A stretch of DNA of 64,000 bases from Longimicrobiales bacterium (GTDB taxonomy: Bacteria; Gemmatimonadota; Gemmatimonadetes; Longimicrobiales; Gaopeijiaceae), in assembly GCA_965203485.1 (NCBI GenBank), contig OZ241892.1:1344001-1408000 (forward strand). The letters are read 5' to 3'. Below the pieces are notes generated by a model that was given only the letters and a program-made list of their open reading frames with translations, did no database searches and was not told the origin of the DNA. The first letter of the stretch is position 1; the number at the start of each line of letters is the position of its first letter. The translations under genes and the position numbers were made by a program. Positions 29,886 through 40,987 of the stretch are shown in pieces.

Positions 29886-30452
29886 GTGGCCGATCCAGCG
29901 GATCGCCCGGAGCCAATGGCGGCGCCGGGCCGCTGGGCGCGGGGCCCGGCCGAGGACGTCCCCGCGCTGGCCCGGCGTCTAGCTGAAGCGGCGACGGCCG
30001 CTGGGCTCGCGGTGGCCACTGCCGAAAGCTGCACCGGCGGGCGCTTGGCGGCGGCGGTCACCGCGGCGGCGGGGGCGTCGTCGTTCTACGTGGGCGGGGT
30101 GGTGGCGTACGCCGACGAGGCCAAGGCGGGGCAACTGCAGGTCGACCCGGACGAGATGCAGGTTCACGGTGCGGTTTCGCGAGAGGTCGCCCTGGCGATG
30201 GCCGCCGGAGCGCTTGCGCAGTTCGACGCGGGCTTGGCGATGGCGGTGACGGGAATTGCGGGGCCGGGCGGGGGCACGCCGGAGAAGCCCGTGGGCACCG
30301 TGTGGGTCGCCGCCGCAGCGCGGGGCCGCTCCGAAGCGCGCCGCAGCCGGTTCCGGGGCGGCAGGCGCGCCGTGCAGGACCAGAGCGTCGCGCAGGCGTT
30401 GGCCATGGGCGTCCAACTCGCCCGCGCGCAAGCGCTCCCCGATTATCTTTGA
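29886..30452 (+). CDS. cinA: CinA C-terminal domain protein (NMN deamidase, PncC-like)
   Basis: AESCTGG, HGAVS, TGIAGPGGG..EKPVGTV. Confidence 0.9.
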   Translation: MADPADRPEPMAAPGRWARGPAEDVPALARRLAEAATAAGLAVATAESCTGGRLAAAVTAAAGASSFYVGGVVAYADEAKAGQLQVDPDEMQVHGAVSREVALAMAAGALAQFDAGLAMAVTGIAGPGGGTPEKPVGTVWVAAAARGRSEARRSRFRGGRRAVQDQSVAQALAMGVQLARAQALPDYL

Positions 30453-30511
30453 TCTCCCGGCCGGGCTTCGAGATTTCCCGGACCCGTTTCTTCGCCAACC
30501 TTGCGCCATCC

Positions 30512-31264
30512 GTGACCGAAGCAACCCCCGCAAGCGACTCGGCCGGCTCGGAGCCGTCCCCCTGCTCCGAACCGCAAGAAGCCGTGGGCGTGGACGGCGG
30601 AGACCCGGCGCCCGCCGAAGAGGCGGCTGACCGGGATGCGCCGGCGAGCGTCGCCGCGTCCGCCGGGGAGGCCGGGACGACGGGCGGGCAGGCGTCCGCC
30701 GACCAGACGGAGACGGAGTTCGCCGGTGCGCCGCCGGACCAAGGCGCGGCGGCTCCGTCCGAGGACGAAGGGGCCGAGGCGTCTCCGGATGCCGCGGCCG
30801 CACCGGTCCAGGACGACGACGTCCTGCGCGCCGAACTGGAACAGGTGCAGGACCAGCGGATCCGGCTGGCGGCCGATTTCGACAACTACCGCAAGCGCAG
30901 CGAGGAGCGCCTGCGCGCGCGGTGGACTCACGCCCAGGCCGACCTGCTGACGCGCCTGCTCGACCCGCTGGACGATCTTCGCCGAGTCGCGGAGTGCGAT
31001 CCGGACACCGCCACCGCGGAATCGCTCGTGGAGGGGGTCGTCTTGGTCGAGCGGAAGTTTGCGCGCCTCCTCGAAGAGGCCGGCGTCGAAGTCGTGGACC
31101 CGCGCGACCAGCCGTTCGATCCCGCGACGATGGAAGCGATCATGCGCGTTCCGGCGGAAGCCGAGGACATGGACGACATGGTGGAGCGGGTGGTTCAGCG
31201 CGGCTTCACGCTGAAGGGACGCCTCCTTCGCCCCGCGCGGGTGGCCGTCTACAAGGCCGGGTAG
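30512..31264 (+). CDS. grpE: Nucleotide exchange factor GrpE with long acidic N-terminus
   Basis: ADFDNYRKR, PFDP, QRGF...GRLLRPARVAV. Start approximate. Confidence 0.92.
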   Translation: MTEATPASDSAGSEPSPCSEPQEAVGVDGGDPAPAEEAADRDAPASVAASAGEAGTTGGQASADQTETEFAGAPPDQGAAAPSEDEGAEASPDAAAAPVQDDDVLRAELEQVQDQRIRLAADFDNYRKRSEERLRARWTHAQADLLTRLLDPLDDLRRVAECDPDTATAESLVEGVVLVERKFARLLEEAGVEVVDPRDQPFDPATMEAIMRVPAEAEDMDDMVERVVQRGFTLKGRLLRPARVAVYKAG

Positions 31265-31278
31265 GGCCGCCGTCCGCT

Positions 31279-32391
31279 GTGGCGCGCACCGGCAAGGACT
31301 ACTACCGGACGCTTGGCGTGGCGGAGAACGCCGGCCCCGACGCGATAAAGGAAGCGTACCGAAAGCTCGCCAAGCGCTACCACCCGGACGCCAATCCGGG
31401 CGATCCCGGCGCCGCCGAGCGATTCAAGGAAGTCGGCGAAGCCAACGCCGTGTTGTCCAATCCGGCGAAGCGCAAGAAGTACGACCAGATGCGCAAGCTG
31501 GGCGCGTTCGGCTTGGGCGGCGCGCGGGGAGCGCCTAAGACGGGCACGGCCGCCGGTTCTGCGGCCTTTTCCTTCGAGGACTTCGGCGGTCTCGGCGGCT
31601 TCTCCGACTTGTTCTCGTCGATCTTCGACCGGGGACGCGAGCAGCGGAGCCGGCGGCCGGGCAGTCCGAGCAAGGGCCGCAACGTGGAGTACAGCGTGGA
31701 CGTGTCGTTCGAGACGGCCGCGAAGGGCGGGAGGATTGCGCTCTCCGTGCCGATCACGGAAAAGTGCGCCCGCTGCAAGGGGACGGGCGGGACCGAAGGA
31801 GCGGCGTGGAAGCGGTGCGCGGAGTGCGGCGGGTCGGGCAGCGTCTCCTTCGGGCAGGGCACTTTCGCGGTGCCCCGGCCTTGCCCGGCGTGCGCGGCGC
31901 GCGGACGCGTGTCCGCCAAGCCCTGCGAAGCCTGCGACGGAGCCGGCAAGCTGCGGCAGGCCCGAAAGATCAACGTGTCGGTTCCGGCCGGTGCGCGCAC
32001 GGGCTCCAAGGTTCGCATTCCGGGACAGGGCGAGAGCGGCAACGGCGGGGGCCCGCCCGGCGACCTCCTCGTGGCCTTCAAGGTGCAGCCGCACCGCTTC
32101 CTGCGCCGCGAAGGCGCCGACATTCACGCCAGCGTCTCGGTCAACCTCGCCCAGGCCACGCTCGGCTCGACGATTCGCGTCCCGACGCTTTCCGGCAAGA
32201 AGGCGGAACTCCGCATCCCGCCGGGCACGCAGCCCGGCACCCGCTTTCGCATCAGGGGCCACGGAATCCGCCGCGACGGCAAGGTGGGCGACCAAGTAGT
32301 CGAAGTGAACGTGAAGGTCCCCAAGTCGCTGGACCCCGAGGGGCAGAAGCGCATGAAGGAGTTCGCCGCGCTCTCCGACATGAAGTGGTAG
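31279..32391 (+). CDS. dnaJ: Chaperone DnaJ
   Basis: KDYY..LGV, HPD, G/F region, four CxxC repeats. Confidence 0.96.
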   Translation: MARTGKDYYRTLGVAENAGPDAIKEAYRKLAKRYHPDANPGDPGAAERFKEVGEANAVLSNPAKRKKYDQMRKLGAFGLGGARGAPKTGTAAGSAAFSFEDFGGLGGFSDLFSSIFDRGREQRSRRPGSPSKGRNVEYSVDVSFETAAKGGRIALSVPITEKCARCKGTGGTEGAAWKRCAECGGSGSVSFGQGTFAVPRPCPACAARGRVSAKPCEACDGAGKLRQARKINVSVPAGARTGSKVRIPGQGESGNGGGPPGDLLVAFKVQPHRFLRREGADIHASVSVNLAQATLGSTIRVPTLSGKKAELRIPPGTQPGTRFRIRGHGIRRDGKVGDQVVEVNVKVPKSLDPEGQKRMKEFAALSDMKW

Positions 32392-32521
32392 CTTCGCGGG
32401 CCGGCGCGGCCGAGCCCAGCCGGCCGCTTCCCGAGGCAACGGCGCGTCGCTAACATTTTCGGGTTGCGTTGCAGCCTTGCTCGGCCCGTCGCAACCGATC
32501 CCTCCCGCCTCGCCTTCGTCC

Positions 32522-33655
32522 ATGGACCTCTACGAGCACCAAGCCACGGAACTGTTCGCCGCTGCCGGCATGAGGGTGAACCGGGGCTCCGTCGCGGACT
32601 CGCCGAGCGCCGCGCGAGCAGCCGCGGAGAGCATCGGATGCCCGGTGGTCGTGAAGGCCCAAGTTCACACCGGAGGCCGCGGAAAGGCCGGGGGCGTCAA
32701 GCTTGCGCGGGATCCCGCCGAGGCGTTCGAGCGGGCCGGCGCCATTATCGGGCTCGACATCAAGGGACACCGGGTCCGCAGGGTGCTCGTGGCGCCCGTC
32801 GAGGAGATTCGGTCCGAAGCGTACGCCGGCGTACTAGTGGACCGGGAGACGCAGAGCCCGGTCGTGATGGTTTCCGCCGAGGGCGGCGTGGACATAGAGG
32901 AAGTGGCCGCCCGGAATCCCGCCGCGATCCACAAGGTGCGCGTGGATCCGCGCTACGGTCTGCTCGCGCACCAAGCCCGCGGGCTGGCCGCCCGGCTGTA
33001 CTCGGAACCGTCGCTGGCGAAGCAGGGCGCGAGGGCGATCGCGCAGCTGTACGCCGCCTTCGCGAACAACGGCGCTTCGATGGCGGAGATCAATCCGCTC
33101 GTGGCCAACGGCTCGGGCGAGGTCGTGGCGCTCGACGCCAAGATGAGCATCGACGACAACGAACTCTTCCGCCGTCCGGAGATCGCGGCCCTGCGGGACC
33201 CCGGGGCCGAGGGAGCGGCGGAGCGGCGCGCTCGGGAGGCCGGACTCAGTTTCGTCAAGCTGTCCGGCGCGGTGGGTTGCTGCGTGAACGGGGCCGGCCT
33301 CGCGATGGCGACGATGGACTTGGTCAAGCACTACGGGGGCGAGCCCGCCAACTTCCTGGACATCGGCGGCTCCTCGTCGCCCGACAAGGTCGTCGCCGCG
33401 CTCGAGATCATCACGGCGGACCCCGACGTGAGGTCCGTTCTCTTCAACATCTTCGGCGGCATCACGCGTTGCGACGACGTCGCGCGAGGGATCGTCGAAG
33501 CGACCGGCCGAATCGACTTGGGCGTCCCCCTGGTGATTCGCCTGACGGGCACGAACGAGGCTCTCGCGAAGGAGATGCTGGACGAAGCGGGCTTCGCGTT
33601 CGCGTCGTCCATGGACGAAGTGGTCGAGCGGGCGGTGAGCTTGGCCGGCGGCTGA
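32522..33655 (+). CDS. sucC: Succinyl-CoA synthetase beta subunit
   Basis: LYEHQA, KAQVHTGGRGKAGGV, NGAGLAMAT, NIFGGI. Confidence 0.97.
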   Translation: MDLYEHQATELFAAAGMRVNRGSVADSPSAARAAAESIGCPVVVKAQVHTGGRGKAGGVKLARDPAEAFERAGAIIGLDIKGHRVRRVLVAPVEEIRSEAYAGVLVDRETQSPVVMVSAEGGVDIEEVAARNPAAIHKVRVDPRYGLLAHQARGLAARLYSEPSLAKQGARAIAQLYAAFANNGASMAEINPLVANGSGEVVALDAKMSIDDNELFRRPEIAALRDPGAEGAAERRAREAGLSFVKLSGAVGCCVNGAGLAMATMDLVKHYGGEPANFLDIGGSSSPDKVVAALEIITADPDVRSVLFNIFGGITRCDDVARGIVEATGRIDLGVPLVIRLTGTNEALAKEMLDEAGFAFASSMDEVVERAVSLAGG

Positions 33656-33683
33656 GGACCAGTCTGCCCAATCCGGAACGGAC

Positions 33684-34571
33684 ATGCCGATATTCGTTGA
33701 CCGCACCACCAAGGTTGTCGTGCAGGGGATCACGGGACGCGACGGATCGTTTCATGCGCGTCAGATGATGGAGTACGGAACCGCGATCGTGGCGGGCGTG
33801 ACGCCGGGCAAGGGCGGACGGCTGTTCGAGGGCCCGCAGGGCCGCGGCGTGCCCGTCTTCGACACGGTGGGCGAGGCGGTGGACGCCACGGGCGCCGGCG
33901 CGTCGGTGATCTACGTGCCCCCGGCGGCCGCGGCCGGAGCGATCATGGAGGCCGCCGACGCGGGCATCGGCTTCGTCGTGTGCGTGACCGAGGGCATTCC
34001 GGTCCTGGACATGACGCGCGCCCACGCCTTCGCCCGAGACCGGGGGACGAGGGTGCTCGGCCCCAACTGTCCCGGCATCATCTGTCCGGGCGAGACGAAG
34101 CTGGGCATCATTCCGGCCGAGATCGCGGCACCGGGTCCGGTGGGCCTGGTTTCGCGCTCGGGCACGCTGACCTACGAGGCGGTCTACCACTTGACTGCCG
34201 CCGGGCTGGGTCAGACTGCGTGCGTCGGCATCGGCGGAGACCCGCTGGTCGGCACGAGCTTCGTGGACTGCCTGGAGGCGTTCGCGCAGGACGAGCGGAC
34301 CGAAGCGGTGGTGATGATCGGAGAGATCGGGGGCACGGCGGAGCAGGACGCGGCGGCGTGGGCCGGCGAGCGCTTGAAGGTGCCGGCCGTGGGGTTCGTG
34401 GCGGGCCGGACCGCTCCGCCGGGCACGAAGATGGGCCATGCAGGCGCCATCATCAGCGGGTCTGCCGGCACGGCGGAGGAAAAGACGCGGGCCTTCGAGG
34501 AGAACGGCGTTCGGGTCGCGGAGCGGCCCGTCGACATCGTGGCGCTCGTGAAGGAGTCGCTGGGCCGGTAG
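33684..34571 (+). CDS. sucD: Succinyl-CoA synthetase alpha subunit
   Basis: [26 protein letters not shown]. Confidence 0.97.
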   Translation: MPIFVDRTTKVVVQGITGRDGSFHARQMMEYGTAIVAGVTPGKGGRLFEGPQGRGVPVFDTVGEAVDATGAGASVIYVPPAAAAGAIMEAADAGIGFVVCVTEGIPVLDMTRAHAFARDRGTRVLGPNCPGIICPGETKLGIIPAEIAAPGPVGLVSRSGTLTYEAVYHLTAAGLGQTACVGIGGDPLVGTSFVDCLEAFAQDERTEAVVMIGEIGGTAEQDAAAWAGERLKVPAVGFVAGRTAPPGTKMGHAGAIISGSAGTAEEKTRAFEENGVRVAERPVDIVALVKESLGR

Positions 34572-34609
34572 GCAAGCCATTAGCCCTCGTCGCGGGCCGG
34601 GAAGAACGC

Positions 34610-35440
34610 ATGACGCTCCATCAACTGCTGGCGGAGCCCCGCTGGGTCCGGGGCGCGGGCGGCGGCGACGCCGAGGCGTTGCGGGCGGCGTTGCGCGGCC
34701 TCCCCGGGGAGTCCGCGTTGAGCGAAGCGGTCCGGCTTGGCGAGACTGGCGAGTCCATCCGCCATGGCGCGATCGGCGGTCGCACCGGCATCCTCGACCT
34801 GGGCCGCGAGGCGGGCGGCCCCGGACTCGCGCTGGGCCTGCCGTCGTCCTCCGCGACCGGCGGCCAGGGCGAAGTCACTTGGATCGTGTGGGGCTTGGAG
34901 CGGCCGGCCGTCAATCTGTTCCTGGCGCCGGCGCTTCGCGGCTTCGCCTCGGCGGTGCGCGCCGGCGCCCGGGACGGCGACCTCGCGCCCGTCTTCGACT
35001 CGCCCGGCTTCCGCGAGACCGAGATCGTGACGGACGTCCGCGTCGCCCACGTGCTGACGCCGCTGTCCTACCGCGTCTATCCGGACACGCCAGTGTCGGA
35101 AGTCCAGAACCTCATGTTGCGCCGAGGCGTCTCGGCGGTGCCCGTCGTCGGCGAGAGCCTGGAGGTGATGGGCCTGATCACGGCCAGCGACATCCTCCCT
35201 CACGCTGTGCCGGGTGCGCTCGGTCCCGTCCGCGTCCGGGCGGCGGCGGCGCGCGAGGTCATGACCCGCTCGGTATTCTGCGTCTCGGACGCCGAGAGCA
35301 TCGTCGAGGCCGGCCGCGCCCTCGTGGCCCGCAACGTGGCCCAGCTTCCGGTCGTCAGGGAAGGGGAGATCGTGGGCTTTCTCGAGCGCGCCACGGTCAT
35401 GCGCGCATTCTTCGCACCCTCGACGGAGCAACCGAAATGA
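34610..35440 (+). CDS. CBS-domain-pair protein with divergent N-terminal domain
   Basis: Two C-terminal CBS motifs (AVPVV..MGLIT..DI; QLPVV..IVG). Confidence 0.8.
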   Translation: MTLHQLLAEPRWVRGAGGGDAEALRAALRGLPGESALSEAVRLGETGESIRHGAIGGRTGILDLGREAGGPGLALGLPSSSATGGQGEVTWIVWGLERPAVNLFLAPALRGFASAVRAGARDGDLAPVFDSPGFRETEIVTDVRVAHVLTPLSYRVYPDTPVSEVQNLMLRRGVSAVPVVGESLEVMGLITASDILPHAVPGALGPVRVRAAAAREVMTRSVFCVSDAESIVEAGRALVARNVAQLPVVREGEIVGFLERATVMRAFFAPSTEQPK

Positions 35441-35874
35441 GCCGCACGCTCGCCATCGTCAAGCCCGACGCCGTCGCGAACGGCCAAGCGGGCCGCATCC
35501 TCGCCCACGCGGAAGGCGCGGGCTTCACGCTCGTCGCGATCAAGATGCTCGCCTTGAGCCCGGCCCGCGCCCGAACGTTCTACGCCGTCCACCGCGAGCG
35601 GCCGTTCTTCGATTCTCTGGTGGCCTTCATGACGTCGGGGCCGTGCGTGCCGATGGCGCTCGAAGCGCCCGAGGCCGTGGCCGCGTTTCGCCGCCTCATC
35701 GGCGCGACCGATCCGGCCGAGGCCGCCGAGGGCACCGTGCGCCGCATGTACGCGGAATCCAAGGAGCGGAACGCGGTGCACGGGTCCGATTCCGACGAGA
35801 ACGCCGCAAGGGAGATCAAGTTCTTCTTCCCGGAGCTGGACGCCCTCGCGCCGGGCGGCCGCGAGGAAGGCTGA
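35437..35874 (+). CDS. ndk: Nucleoside-diphosphate kinase
   Basis: [24 protein letters not shown]. Confidence 0.97.
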   Translation: MSRTLAIVKPDAVANGQAGRILAHAEGAGFTLVAIKMLALSPARARTFYAVHRERPFFDSLVAFMTSGPCVPMALEAPEAVAAFRRLIGATDPAEAAEGTVRRMYAESKERNAVHGSDSDENAAREIKFFFPELDALAPGGREEG

Positions 35875-36032
35875 CCCGGGGTGACCGAGCGCCCTCGCGC
35901 CGGGCCCGCGCCGGCCGGACGGCGCCGCGGAGGGTTGCGCGGCGACGCGTCGGCGGTCGGGCGCAACGAAGTTTCCGCACTTGCTTGCGAGCGCATTGCC
36001 GTCCGCGGCCAGGGCCGCCTGCCGGGGCCCGC

Positions 36033-36578
36033 GTGACCAAGCGACTTCGCTCGAAGCGGAGCAGCTTGCTGATCGGGCTGGCCGGGTTGCGTCCGGGCGG
36101 CAAGCTGCCCGTGAAGGGCGTTGTCGGACGAGACGCGGCGTTCTGGGAAGGGGCCGGCCTCGCCTTCGAGGACGGCGTGAAGTTCTCCGGCGTTGCCGAA
36201 GTCGCGGCCGACGGCGCCTTGATCGTGCGCGGTTCGTGGTCGGCTCGGGCGGCGTACGAATGCGCGCGTTGCCTGGAGCCGCTGACGGTGCCGATGCGCA
36301 AGACGTTGGTTCTCTTCTACGGCCTCGGCGACGAGTGGGGACGCGGCGATCCGGACGCGCGCACCATTGACGCCGGGGCCGCGGAGGCCGACCTTGAAGA
36401 GGCGATAAGGGAAGAAGTGGTGCTCGAGACGCCTCGCTACTACATGCCGGAGGCGGACGACGACGGATGTTGCGCCGAGTGCGGCGCATCCGCCTCTCTT
36501 CCCGCCGACACTTCCGGCGGCCAAGGCCGCCCCGATCCCCGGTGGGCTGCGTTGGAAGCCCTGAAGACCGACCACTAG
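36033..36578 (+). CDS. yceD: DUF177/YceD family protein
   Basis: ECARCL and C-terminal DPRWAALEALK; upstream of rpmF. Confidence 0.88.
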   Translation: MTKRLRSKRSSLLIGLAGLRPGGKLPVKGVVGRDAAFWEGAGLAFEDGVKFSGVAEVAADGALIVRGSWSARAAYECARCLEPLTVPMRKTLVLFYGLGDEWGRGDPDARTIDAGAAEADLEEAIREEVVLETPRYYMPEADDDGCCAECGASASLPADTSGGQGRPDPRWAALEALKTDH

Positions 36579-36589
36579 GAAAGACGACC

Positions 36590-36772
36590 ATGGCCGTCCC
36601 GAAGAGGCGAACGTCCAAGCAGCGGAAGCGCAAGCGCCGCACGCACTACAAGGCCAAGCCCGCCACGTTGGGCACCTGCTCGACGACGGGCGACCCGGCG
36701 TTGCGCCACCGCGTGTGCCCCACTTCGGGCATGTACCGCGGCAAGACGGTCCTGGAAGTGGACCGAGACTAG
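36590..36772 (+). CDS. rpmF: 50S ribosomal protein bL32
   Basis: MAVPKRRTSKQRKRKRRTH...HRVC...G.YRG. Confidence 0.96.
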   Translation: MAVPKRRTSKQRKRKRRTHYKAKPATLGTCSTTGDPALRHRVCPTSGMYRGKTVLEVDRD

Positions 36773-36808
36773 CCCAGCCACCGCGCTCCGGGCGCTTCGT
36801 CGCCAACC

Positions 36809-37792
36809 ATGCGTATCGCTCTCGACGCGATGGGCACCGACCACGCGCCCGCCAGCGAAGTCGAAGGCGCGATCGCCGCCGTCCAGGCGGATTCCGAGTT
36901 GCACGTGCTGCTCGTGGGCGACGAGGCCGCCATTGGCGCGCAGTTGCGCCGTCGCCGCGGACGGCCGCGCGTCTCGGTGGTCCACGCACCCGACCGGATC
37001 ACGTCGTCGGACGCCCCCGCGTCCGCCCTCCGCCGAAGGCCTCGCTCGTCGATGGGCGTGGCGCTCAGGCTCCACGACGAAGGCGAAGCCGACGCTTTCG
37101 TGTCTGCGGGGCCTACCGGCGCAGCCATGGCGGGCTCCCTTCTGGCGCTTGGGGCCCTGCCGGGAGTGGACCGGCCCACGGTTGCTGCGCTGTTGCCCAC
37201 CTCGGGCGGGGCCACGCTCCTGGCCGACGCCGGCGCCAACATCGAATGCAAGCCCCGGCACCTCGTCCAGTTTGCTCGGTTGGGAACCGTGTACATGCAG
37301 GATCTGCGCGGCGTGAGCGCACCGCGGGTGGGCCTGCTCAATGTGGGATCCGAGGCCGTGAAGGGCACGGAAGTCGTGCAGGAAGCGTACAGGCGGCTCG
37401 AAGGCAGCGGACTCAACTTCGTCGGCAACGTCGAGGGGCGCGACATCATTCACGGCGCATGCGACGTGCTGGTCTGCGACGGCTTTGCAGGCAACGTGCT
37501 TCTCAAGTTCTACGAATCGGTGGCCGGCTTTCTGGTCGACAACCTGCGCTCGCGGCTGGGCGAACGTCAGCTGGAGCCCGAAGTCGAGGAGGTGTTTCGC
37601 GTCTTGGACTACGAGGAATACGGCGGCGCGCCCCTGCTGGGAGTGGACGGAGTGAGCGTGATTTGCCACGGAAGTTCGTCGCCGCGCGCAATCCGCGCGG
37701 CCCTCGCCGTAGCGTCCGGTGCAGTGCGCAGCGGCGTGGCTTCGCACATCGCCCGAGACCTCTCGCCGCGTCGCAAGGAGCCCGCGTTGTGA
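36809..37792 (+). CDS. plsX: Phosphate acyltransferase
   Basis: IALDAMGTD, DRP, GNVEG.D, DGFAGNVLLK, CHG. Confidence 0.96.
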   Translation: MRIALDAMGTDHAPASEVEGAIAAVQADSELHVLLVGDEAAIGAQLRRRRGRPRVSVVHAPDRITSSDAPASALRRRPRSSMGVALRLHDEGEADAFVSAGPTGAAMAGSLLALGALPGVDRPTVAALLPTSGGATLLADAGANIECKPRHLVQFARLGTVYMQDLRGVSAPRVGLLNVGSEAVKGTEVVQEAYRRLEGSGLNFVGNVEGRDIIHGACDVLVCDGFAGNVLLKFYESVAGFLVDNLRSRLGERQLEPEVEEVFRVLDYEEYGGAPLLGVDGVSVICHGSSSPRAIRAALAVASGAVRSGVASHIARDLSPRRKEPAL

Positions 37793-38787
37793 GGAAGAAG
37801 CCCGGACCCTCGGTGCGCATTGCGGCCACGGCGCGGTACCTGCCCGAGAGGGTGCTGGCCAACGCCGACCTGGAGCGCATGGTGGACACCACCGACGCCT
37901 GGATTCGAGAGCGCACCGGCATCCTCGAACGGCGCATCGCACCCAAGGAGACGACGGCGGCCGACATGGGCGAGCGCGCGGCCCTTGCGGTCATGGAGAA
38001 GGCGGGCGTCGAGCCGTCCGACATCGACCTGATCGTGGTCACGACGGCGACGCCGGACCGCTGGTTGCCGTCCACGGCGTGCGAAGTGCAGTCGCGCATC
38101 GGAGCGTCGCGGACGTCGTTCGCGTTCGATCTGCACGCCGCCTGCACGGGCTTTCTCTACGCCCTTTCCGTGGCCGAAGGACACGTCGTCGCCGGCCAGT
38201 GCGAGACGGTGCTGGTCGTGTCGACCGAGAAGATGTCTTCGATCATCGACTGGCAGGACCGCTCCACCTGCATCCTCTTCGGCGACGGAGCCGGCGCCGC
38301 CGTCGTGGTCCCCAGCGAGGACGACAGAGGCATCCTGTCCAGCTACCACCGCTCCGACGGCGACATGGCGCTCTTGCTGCAACGGCCCGCGGGGGGCGCC
38401 GCGCAACCCATCGACGAGCGCGCGCTGCGCAACCGAGATCACCTGCTTCGCATGTCGGGCCGCGAGGTGTTCAAGTCGGCCGTGCAGTCCATGGCCCGCG
38501 GGGGATTCCAAGCGCTCGAGGACGCGGGCAGGACGTGCGACGAAGTGGACTTGATGGTTCCGCACCAAGCCAACGTGCGCATCATCGAGGCCACCGCGCG
38601 CTACGCGGGCATTCCCGTCGAGAAGGTGTTCGTGAACCTGCACCGCTACGGGAACATCTCGTCGGCGACCATTCCCGTCGCCCTGGACGAGGCCGCCGAA
38701 CAGGGACGCCTGCAGGCCGGCGCCTTGGTGCTTCTGACGGCGTTCGGCGCAGGCCTCACCTGGGGCGCCATGACCATGCGCTGGTAG
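37789..38787 (+). CDS. fabH: 3-oxoacyl-ACP synthase III
   Basis: WIRERTGI, AACTGF, FGDGAGA, PHQAN, YGN.S, GAGLTWG. Confidence 0.96.
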   Translation: MRKKPGPSVRIAATARYLPERVLANADLERMVDTTDAWIRERTGILERRIAPKETTAADMGERAALAVMEKAGVEPSDIDLIVVTTATPDRWLPSTACEVQSRIGASRTSFAFDLHAACTGFLYALSVAEGHVVAGQCETVLVVSTEKMSSIIDWQDRSTCILFGDGAGAAVVVPSEDDRGILSSYHRSDGDMALLLQRPAGGAAQPIDERALRNRDHLLRMSGREVFKSAVQSMARGGFQALEDAGRTCDEVDLMVPHQANVRIIEATARYAGIPVEKVFVNLHRYGNISSATIPVALDEAAEQGRLQAGALVLLTAFGAGLTWGAMTMRW

Positions 38788-38801
38788 GGGTCGGCGCGGC
38801 C

Positions 38802-39713
38802 GTGGCGGTTGGGCTCCTGTTTCCGGGACAGGGTTCGCAGCACGTCGGCATGGGCAAGATCCTGGCGGAGCGCTTCCCTGCGGCGCGCGCGACGTTCGAG
38901 GAAGCCGACGACGTGCTGGGGCTTCGTCTCTCGCGCTTGGCGTGGGAAGGGCCGGAAGACGCCTTGCAGGCCACCGAGAACGCGCAGCCGGCGCTGTACG
39001 CGCATTCCCTGGCGGTCTACCGGGCCGCCAAGGAGGGCCTGGGCGGCGTGGCCGTCGCCGCCGGACACTCGCTGGGCGAGCTCTCCGCGCATGCGGCGGC
39101 CGGCACGTTCTCGTTCGCGGACGGACTCCGCGCGGTGCGCAAGCGTGGCGAGCTCATGGCCCGCGCCGGAGATTCGGCTCCTGGCGCCATGGCCGCCGTG
39201 CTGGGCCTCGACCTTGACGCCGTTCGGGAGCTGTGCCGCCAAGTGGGCGAAGCGGGCTTCACTGTGGTGCCGGCCAACGTCAACGCGCCCGGCCAGGTCG
39301 TGGTCAGCGGCGATGTCGAGGGCGTGGAGCGGCTGGGGTGGGCCGCGTCCGGGCGCGGCGCGCGGCGCGTGACCCGGCTGAAGGTGTCGGCCGCCTTCCA
39401 TTCTCCCTCGATGGCCCCGGCCGCCGATGCGTTCCGCGAGCACTTGGCCGGGATGCGCTTCGAGCGTCCCGCGTTCCCGGTCGTCTCCAACGTGACGGCG
39501 CGGGAGACGGCCGACTCCGAGCGCGTGCGCGAACTTCTGGTGCGCCAGCTGACGGCGCCGGTGCGCTGGATCGATTGCGTGTCCCGGATGCTCGCCTTGG
39601 GCGCCGAGCGGTTCGCCGAGCTGGGGCCCGGTCGGGTCTTGGCGGGGTTGAGCCGGCGAAACGCGCCGGGCGTGCCGGTCGAAGCGCTCGGCGACGGGGG
39701 CACCGCCGCGTGA
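38802..39713 (+). CDS. fabD: Malonyl-CoA:ACP transacylase
   Basis: FPGQGSQ, GHSLGE, AFHS, PVRW. Confidence 0.96.
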   Translation: MAVGLLFPGQGSQHVGMGKILAERFPAARATFEEADDVLGLRLSRLAWEGPEDALQATENAQPALYAHSLAVYRAAKEGLGGVAVAAGHSLGELSAHAAAGTFSFADGLRAVRKRGELMARAGDSAPGAMAAVLGLDLDAVRELCRQVGEAGFTVVPANVNAPGQVVVSGDVEGVERLGWAASGRGARRVTRLKVSAAFHSPSMAPAADAFREHLAGMRFERPAFPVVSNVTARETADSERVRELLVRQLTAPVRWIDCVSRMLALGAERFAELGPGRVLAGLSRRNAPGVPVEALGDGGTAA

Positions 39714-40585
39714 CCGGCGCCGAACGTTCGGGCGCGCCCGGGGCCATTCCTGCCGGCTTGGAGCGCCGCGGCGGGCCGCGCGCTTCTTCGCCGTCGAAGG
39801 CCGGCGGCGGGACCGGCTTGGCGGAACAGGAAGGGCAAGCGTCCGGCGACGGTCCGTTGTCCGGCGGCGCAGCGCTCGTGACGGGCGGGTCGCGGGGCAT
39901 CGGGCTGGGAATCGCGCAGGCGCTGGCCCGCGACGGCGCGCGGGTCGTCCTGGCGGCCCGCGACGGCGAGCGAGCGTCCACCGCCGCTTCCACGCTTCCC
40001 GGCGAAGGGCACTTCGGGATCGCCTGCGACGTGTCGAGCGCCGACGAATGCAAGGCCGCCGTCGCCGCCGCCGCTGCCCGCCTGGGTCCCGTCTCGATCC
40101 TGGTCAACAACGCCGGCATCACCCGCGACAACGTCCTCGTGCGGCTCCGCGACGACGACTGGACCGACGTGCTGGCGACCAATCTGGGAGGCGCGTTCAA
40201 CATGATCCGCGCCGCCGCTCGCGGCATGATGCGGAGCCGCGCCGGATCGATCGTCAACGTTAGTTCGGTGATCGGCTTGACGGGCAACGCGGGACAGGCG
40301 AACTACGCCGCGTCCAAGGCGGGCATCCACGGCCTCACGAAGTCGGCGGCGCGCGAGTTGGCGCCCAGGGGCGTGCGCTGCAACGCCGTGGCTCCGGGAT
40401 TCATCGAGACCGACATGACGGCGGCGCTCGGCGAAACCCGCGTGAACGAGTTGCTGGAAAGGATTCCGCTGGGCCGCCTCGGCCAGCCCGCGGACGTGGC
40501 GGGGTTGGTCGCGTTCCTTGCGGGACCGGCGGCGCGTTACATTACCGGACAGGTCTTCGCGGTGGACGGAGGCATGACCATGTAG
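39710..40585 (+). CDS. fabG: 3-oxoacyl-ACP reductase
   Basis: [21 protein letters not shown]. Start uncertain (long N-terminal extension). Confidence 0.95.
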   Translation: MTGAERSGAPGAIPAGLERRGGPRASSPSKAGGGTGLAEQEGQASGDGPLSGGAALVTGGSRGIGLGIAQALARDGARVVLAARDGERASTAASTLPGEGHFGIACDVSSADECKAAVAAAAARLGPVSILVNNAGITRDNVLVRLRDDDWTDVLATNLGGAFNMIRAAARGMMRSRAGSIVNVSSVIGLTGNAGQANYAASKAGIHGLTKSAARELAPRGVRCNAVAPGFIETDMTAALGETRVNELLERIPLGRLGQPADVAGLVAFLAGPAARYITGQVFAVDGGMTM

Positions 40586-40694
40586 GCTCGGCGTCCTCGT
40601 CGGGCCGCTTGGCGCCTCCCCAGCGTGCCGCAATCCCTTCAGGCTCCACACTACTTCCCACCAAAGCCCCGCGACGGGCGGAGAAAAAGCGAAC

Positions 40695-40934
40695 ATGTCC
40701 GACACTCCGGAAGCCAAGGTCAAGGAGATCATCATCAACGAACTCGGCGTGGAGCCCGACAAGGTTGTTGCGGAAGCGTCCTTCGTCGACGACCTGGGCG
40801 CCGATTCGCTCGACACCGTCGAACTCGTCATGGCGTTCGAAGAGGAGTTCGACATCGACATCCCGGACGAGGACGCCGAGCAGATGCGCACCGTGGGGGA
40901 CGCGATCTCCTACATCGAGAAGCACGCGGAGTAG
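40695..40934 (+). CDS. acpP: Acyl carrier protein
   Basis: [20 protein letters not shown]. Confidence 0.98.
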   Translation: MSDTPEAKVKEIIINELGVEPDKVVAEASFVDDLGADSLDTVELVMAFEEEFDIDIPDEDAEQMRTVGDAISYIEKHAE

Positions 40935-40987
40935 CCGGGCCGGCGGCGGGCCGTCCGGGGGCGACACTCTCCCCGGAACTAGAGCCA

